The notes under the pieces: generated by a model
What the model was told of the DNA's origin: nothing
The model's input: the letters and a program-made list of their open reading frames with translations, nothing else
Database searches by the model: none
Part shown: positions 62,801 through 64,000 of the stretch, in pieces
Numbering within the stretch: position 1 is the stretch's first letter
Layout of the letters: each line of letters starts with the position of its first letter
Origin: Octopus sinensis
Taxonomy: Eukaryota
Direction: 5' to 3'
Assembly (NCBI RefSeq): GCF_006345805.1
Contig: NC_043014.1
Location: forward strand, 52,452,001 to 52,516,000
DNA: 64,000 nucleotides
Program-made: the position numbers and the translations under genes

Positions 62801-63795
62801 GTATTGGGTTGGAAAATAAGTTCCCGCAGTTTTTTTAAATTTTGGAATTTATTGCGCTATTTTTTATTAAACCTTTAAAAAACTTAGATGCCAAACTAAT
62901 ATATGCTCAACTTGCAAGAATAAATTTCAAATGCTCTTCAGATCAATCCTTACAGTCTTTAAGAATATGCTAACAAAACTATGTTGGAAAATATAGTAAT
63001 AAATACCTGATATATGAGTAAAATTGATGGAATGGTCACAAATGGATAACATTTTAAAAACTGTCTGTCAAATGTTGGTCAGCAGAAGTTCGCCATTACC
63101 TTCTGCCGGAGCAACGTGGAGCTTAGGTGTTTCGCTCATAAACACACCCATCGCCCGGTCTGAGATTCGAACCCGCAATCTCTCGACCGCGAGTCTGCTG
63201 CTCTAACCACAAGGCCATGTGCCTCCACTCACCACATTAAATATTTAACTTAATCCTGTTTGAATATGAAATAGCCAAATGCTAACTTACTTTCGTTCCC
63301 TCATAACTACTACAGTACATCAGATAAGATGGCCGCTGTCCCCTTCCGTTTGTTTAGTTTGAGTTCTAAAAGCTGTGCAAGTTTTCACAACATACTCTAT
63401 TTCCTTTCAAGTAACTGTGAGAAATTTTCCGGTAGAGTTCGATCCAAGATGATCGTGACAGCCAATGGATATGATCAAATCAGGACATGAAGTGTCAAAG
63501 TAGTTGCCGAAAGCTTTCCATTGGGAGTTGTACCGTGGGACTAGTGGCGCTATCTTGTGGCATCAAAATTGTGCAAGATCAAGTTACTACAATGTGTCCA
63601 ATCATAAGGGGACACACTTTATTAAAAATTAATTAAAACGGTAACTAACAGGTTTGTGGTACTCACCTTTGGTTTCGTTATGCATTCTTTGTAGTAAATG
63701 TTAGTCAGGTCATCCAGCTTCTTCCAGGAATCAGTTGTGATTCCAGTGAACCAATTCTTCAGAATCCCTTCCCACTTGGTCATTAATAGGTGCCT
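45811..63795 (-). CDS. LOX-B: lipoxygenase paralog, exons 3-15 (492 aa visible; exons 1-2 presumably beyond the window end)
   Basis: complement join(63667-63795,62067-62164,60979-61111,57814-57909,56653-56749,56354-56471,55590-55682,54318-54378,53549-53654,51755-51840,46972-47154,46088-46251,45811-45925). Every exon has the same length and phase as in LOX-A and the frame is open. Motifs: [27 protein letters not shown]. Confidence 0.95.
46088..46251 (-). CDS. LOX-B exon 14 (EPKTEKDII...YIYDP...)
   Basis: tttcAG / GTAAG; 164 nt. Confidence 0.94.
46972..47154 (-). CDS. LOX-B exon 13 (...[10 protein letters not shown]...)
   Basis: tcaaAG / GTAAG; 58/61 aa identical to LOX-A. Confidence 0.96.
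49482..49672 (-). mobile_element. second hammerhead-like repeat family, copy 2
   Basis: CUGCAGA-A-GAGC guag GCUC-GAA-ACGU-A-AAAG. Confidence 0.55.
51755..51840 (-). CDS. LOX-B exon 12 ([14 protein letters not shown]...GGLQ)
   Basis: tttcAG / GTATT; 86 nt. Confidence 0.93.
53066..53298 (-). mobile_element. SINE family B
   Basis: Family B similarity. Confidence 0.85.
53549..53654 (-). CDS. LOX-B exon 11 ([15 protein letters not shown]...IDIYY)
   Basis: tttcAG / GTAAG; 106 nt. Confidence 0.95.
54318..54378 (-). CDS. LOX-B exon 10 ([20 protein letters not shown])
   Basis: ttttaAG / GTAAG; 61 nt. Confidence 0.92.
55186..55411 (-). repeat. foldback element sibling (~50-bp inverted arms, unique centre)
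   Basis: Arms 55186-55234 / 55304-55353; same 5' extension as 22562-22628. Confidence 0.88.
55590..55682 (-). CDS. LOX-B exon 9 ([30 protein letters not shown])
   Basis: ttatAG / GTAAG; 93 nt. Confidence 0.92.
55915..56145. repeat. compound (CTGT)n/(CT)n microsatellite
   Basis: Direct reading. Confidence 0.95.
56354..56471 (-). CDS. LOX-B exon 8 ([11 protein letters not shown]...AIN)
   Basis: ttgtAG / GTAAG; 118 nt. Confidence 0.95.
56653..56749 (-). CDS. LOX-B exon 7 ([32 protein letters not shown])
   Basis: tttAG / GTATT; 97 nt. Confidence 0.95.
57105..57368 (-). mobile_element. Penelope-like repeat with minimal hammerhead motif, (AAT)n-associated
   Basis: GACAC-CUGAUGA-A-GGCUG..CAGCC-GAA-ACGU-U at 57208-57168. 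Confidence 0.7.
57369..57745 (-). mobile_element. RTE-clade LINE 3' end with (AAT)n tail
   Basis: [11 protein letters not shown]...RRVQFAGHC...[10 protein letters not shown] followed by AAT repeats. Confidence 0.85.
57814..57909 (-). CDS. LOX-B exon 6 (CCAPIALF...PIAIQL...DNP)
   Basis: tttcAG / GTAAG; 96 nt. Confidence 0.94.
58044..58433 (+). mobile_element. non-autonomous Helitron-like element (LOX-B intron 5)
   Basis: A|TC...hairpin...CTAG|T termini; same family as 21018-21378. Confidence 0.72.
58850..59150 (+). mobile_element. degenerate RTE-like LINE 3' remnant
   Basis: [15 protein letters not shown] and [10 protein letters not shown] resemble RTE C-terminal motifs. Confidence 0.55.
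59150..59361 (-). mobile_element. Penelope-like repeat with minimal hammerhead motif, (AAT)n-associated
   Basis: GACAC-UUGAUGA-A-GGCUG..CAGCC-GAA-ACGU-U-GUGUU at 59256-59211. Confidence 0.7.
59932..60270 (-). mobile_element. Tc1/mariner (maT/DD37D-like) 3' remnant with terminal repeat
   Basis: [21 protein letters not shown]...[17 protein letters not shown]; end tatactgggtg resembles TA+CAGGGTG TIR. Confidence 0.72.
60532..60947 (+). mobile_element. SINE family A, full length
   Basis: taggcgcaggagtggctgtgtgg head to agtaa tail. Confidence 0.9.
60979..61111 (-). CDS. LOX-B exon 5 ([12 protein letters not shown]...EGFD)
   Basis: acceptor attttatttcttgcttcttgtAG identical to LOX-A; GTAAG donor. 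Confidence 0.95.
61697..62004 (-). mobile_element. SINE family C variant
   Basis: tRNA-like head on the minus strand. Confidence 0.75.
62067..62164 (-). CDS. LOX-B exon 4 ([21 protein letters not shown]...)
   Basis: cttAG / GTAAG; 30/33 aa identical. Confidence 0.95.
62330..62750 (-). mobile_element. SINE family A, full length
   Basis: Inverted relative to 60532-60947. Confidence 0.9.
62798..63050. mobile_element. mariner-like end / MITE remnant
   Basis: tattgggttggaaaataagtt resembles mariner TIR TATTGGGTTGGCAA. Confidence 0.4.
63667..63795 (-). CDS. LOX-B exon 3 ([10 protein letters not shown]...CITKPK)
   Basis: cttcAG / GTGAG on minus; 30/43 aa identical to LOX-A exon 3. Confidence 0.93.
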
Positions 63796-63854
63796 CTGAA
63801 GTGAAAGGTTTCGTTGTGATTACGATGCAAGAAATAACGTATACCTGAGCATTT

Positions 63855-63930
63855 GGCGCTTCATGCAATCTTCCTATATTTCTATATTTCTCTAGAGTCT
63901 AGAGAATGTCGGAAGATTGCATGAAGCGCC
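63855..63930. repeat. 76-nt hairpin with perfect 20-bp outer stem
   Basis: ggcgcttcatgcaatcttcc / ggaagattgcatgaagcgcc; inner ttctctaga-g-tctagagaa. Confidence 0.9.
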
Positions 63931-64000
63931 GGACGCAAAATAAAACATTTACCATATTTTTCATTCCCTTCGAGAATTTATCCCTAATTATTGGTTTGGA

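Overview
AT-rich animal genomic DNA, dense in (TA)n, (CA)n, (ATCT)n and (ATT)n microsatellites and tRNA-derived SINEs. The repeat families look like those of an octopus (inferred from pattern recognition, no database search). There is one 100-N assembly gap (8210-8309). The main content is a convergent (tail-to-tail) pair of animal-type lipoxygenase paralogs that I spliced by hand. LOX-A (+, 20502-39349) is complete: 15 GT-AG coding exons, 2010 nt, 669 aa, PLAT plus catalytic domain, all iron ligands present. LOX-B (-, 63795-45811) shows exons 3-15 with identical exon sizes and phases; exons 1-2 lie beyond the window end. Identity is about 75% aa (370/492 by manual count) but very uneven: exon 13 is 95%, pocket-forming exon 9 is 32%. 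LOX-A carries several non-canonical features: Gln at the conserved Glu376-equivalent, basic residues at two PLAT Ca2+ ligand positions, and an N-myristoylation-type MGxxxSK start. The rest is TE debris (L1/Tx1, RTE, CR1/L2, mariner, maT, Helitron, a Gypsy LTR+PBS, four SINE families). The introns also hold a 28S rRNA fragment, Penelope-type minimal hammerhead ribozyme motifs, long perfect hairpins, and inverted SINE pairs bracketing exons 4-5 of both paralogs. The long ORFs in the supplied track are mostly microsatellite artefacts.
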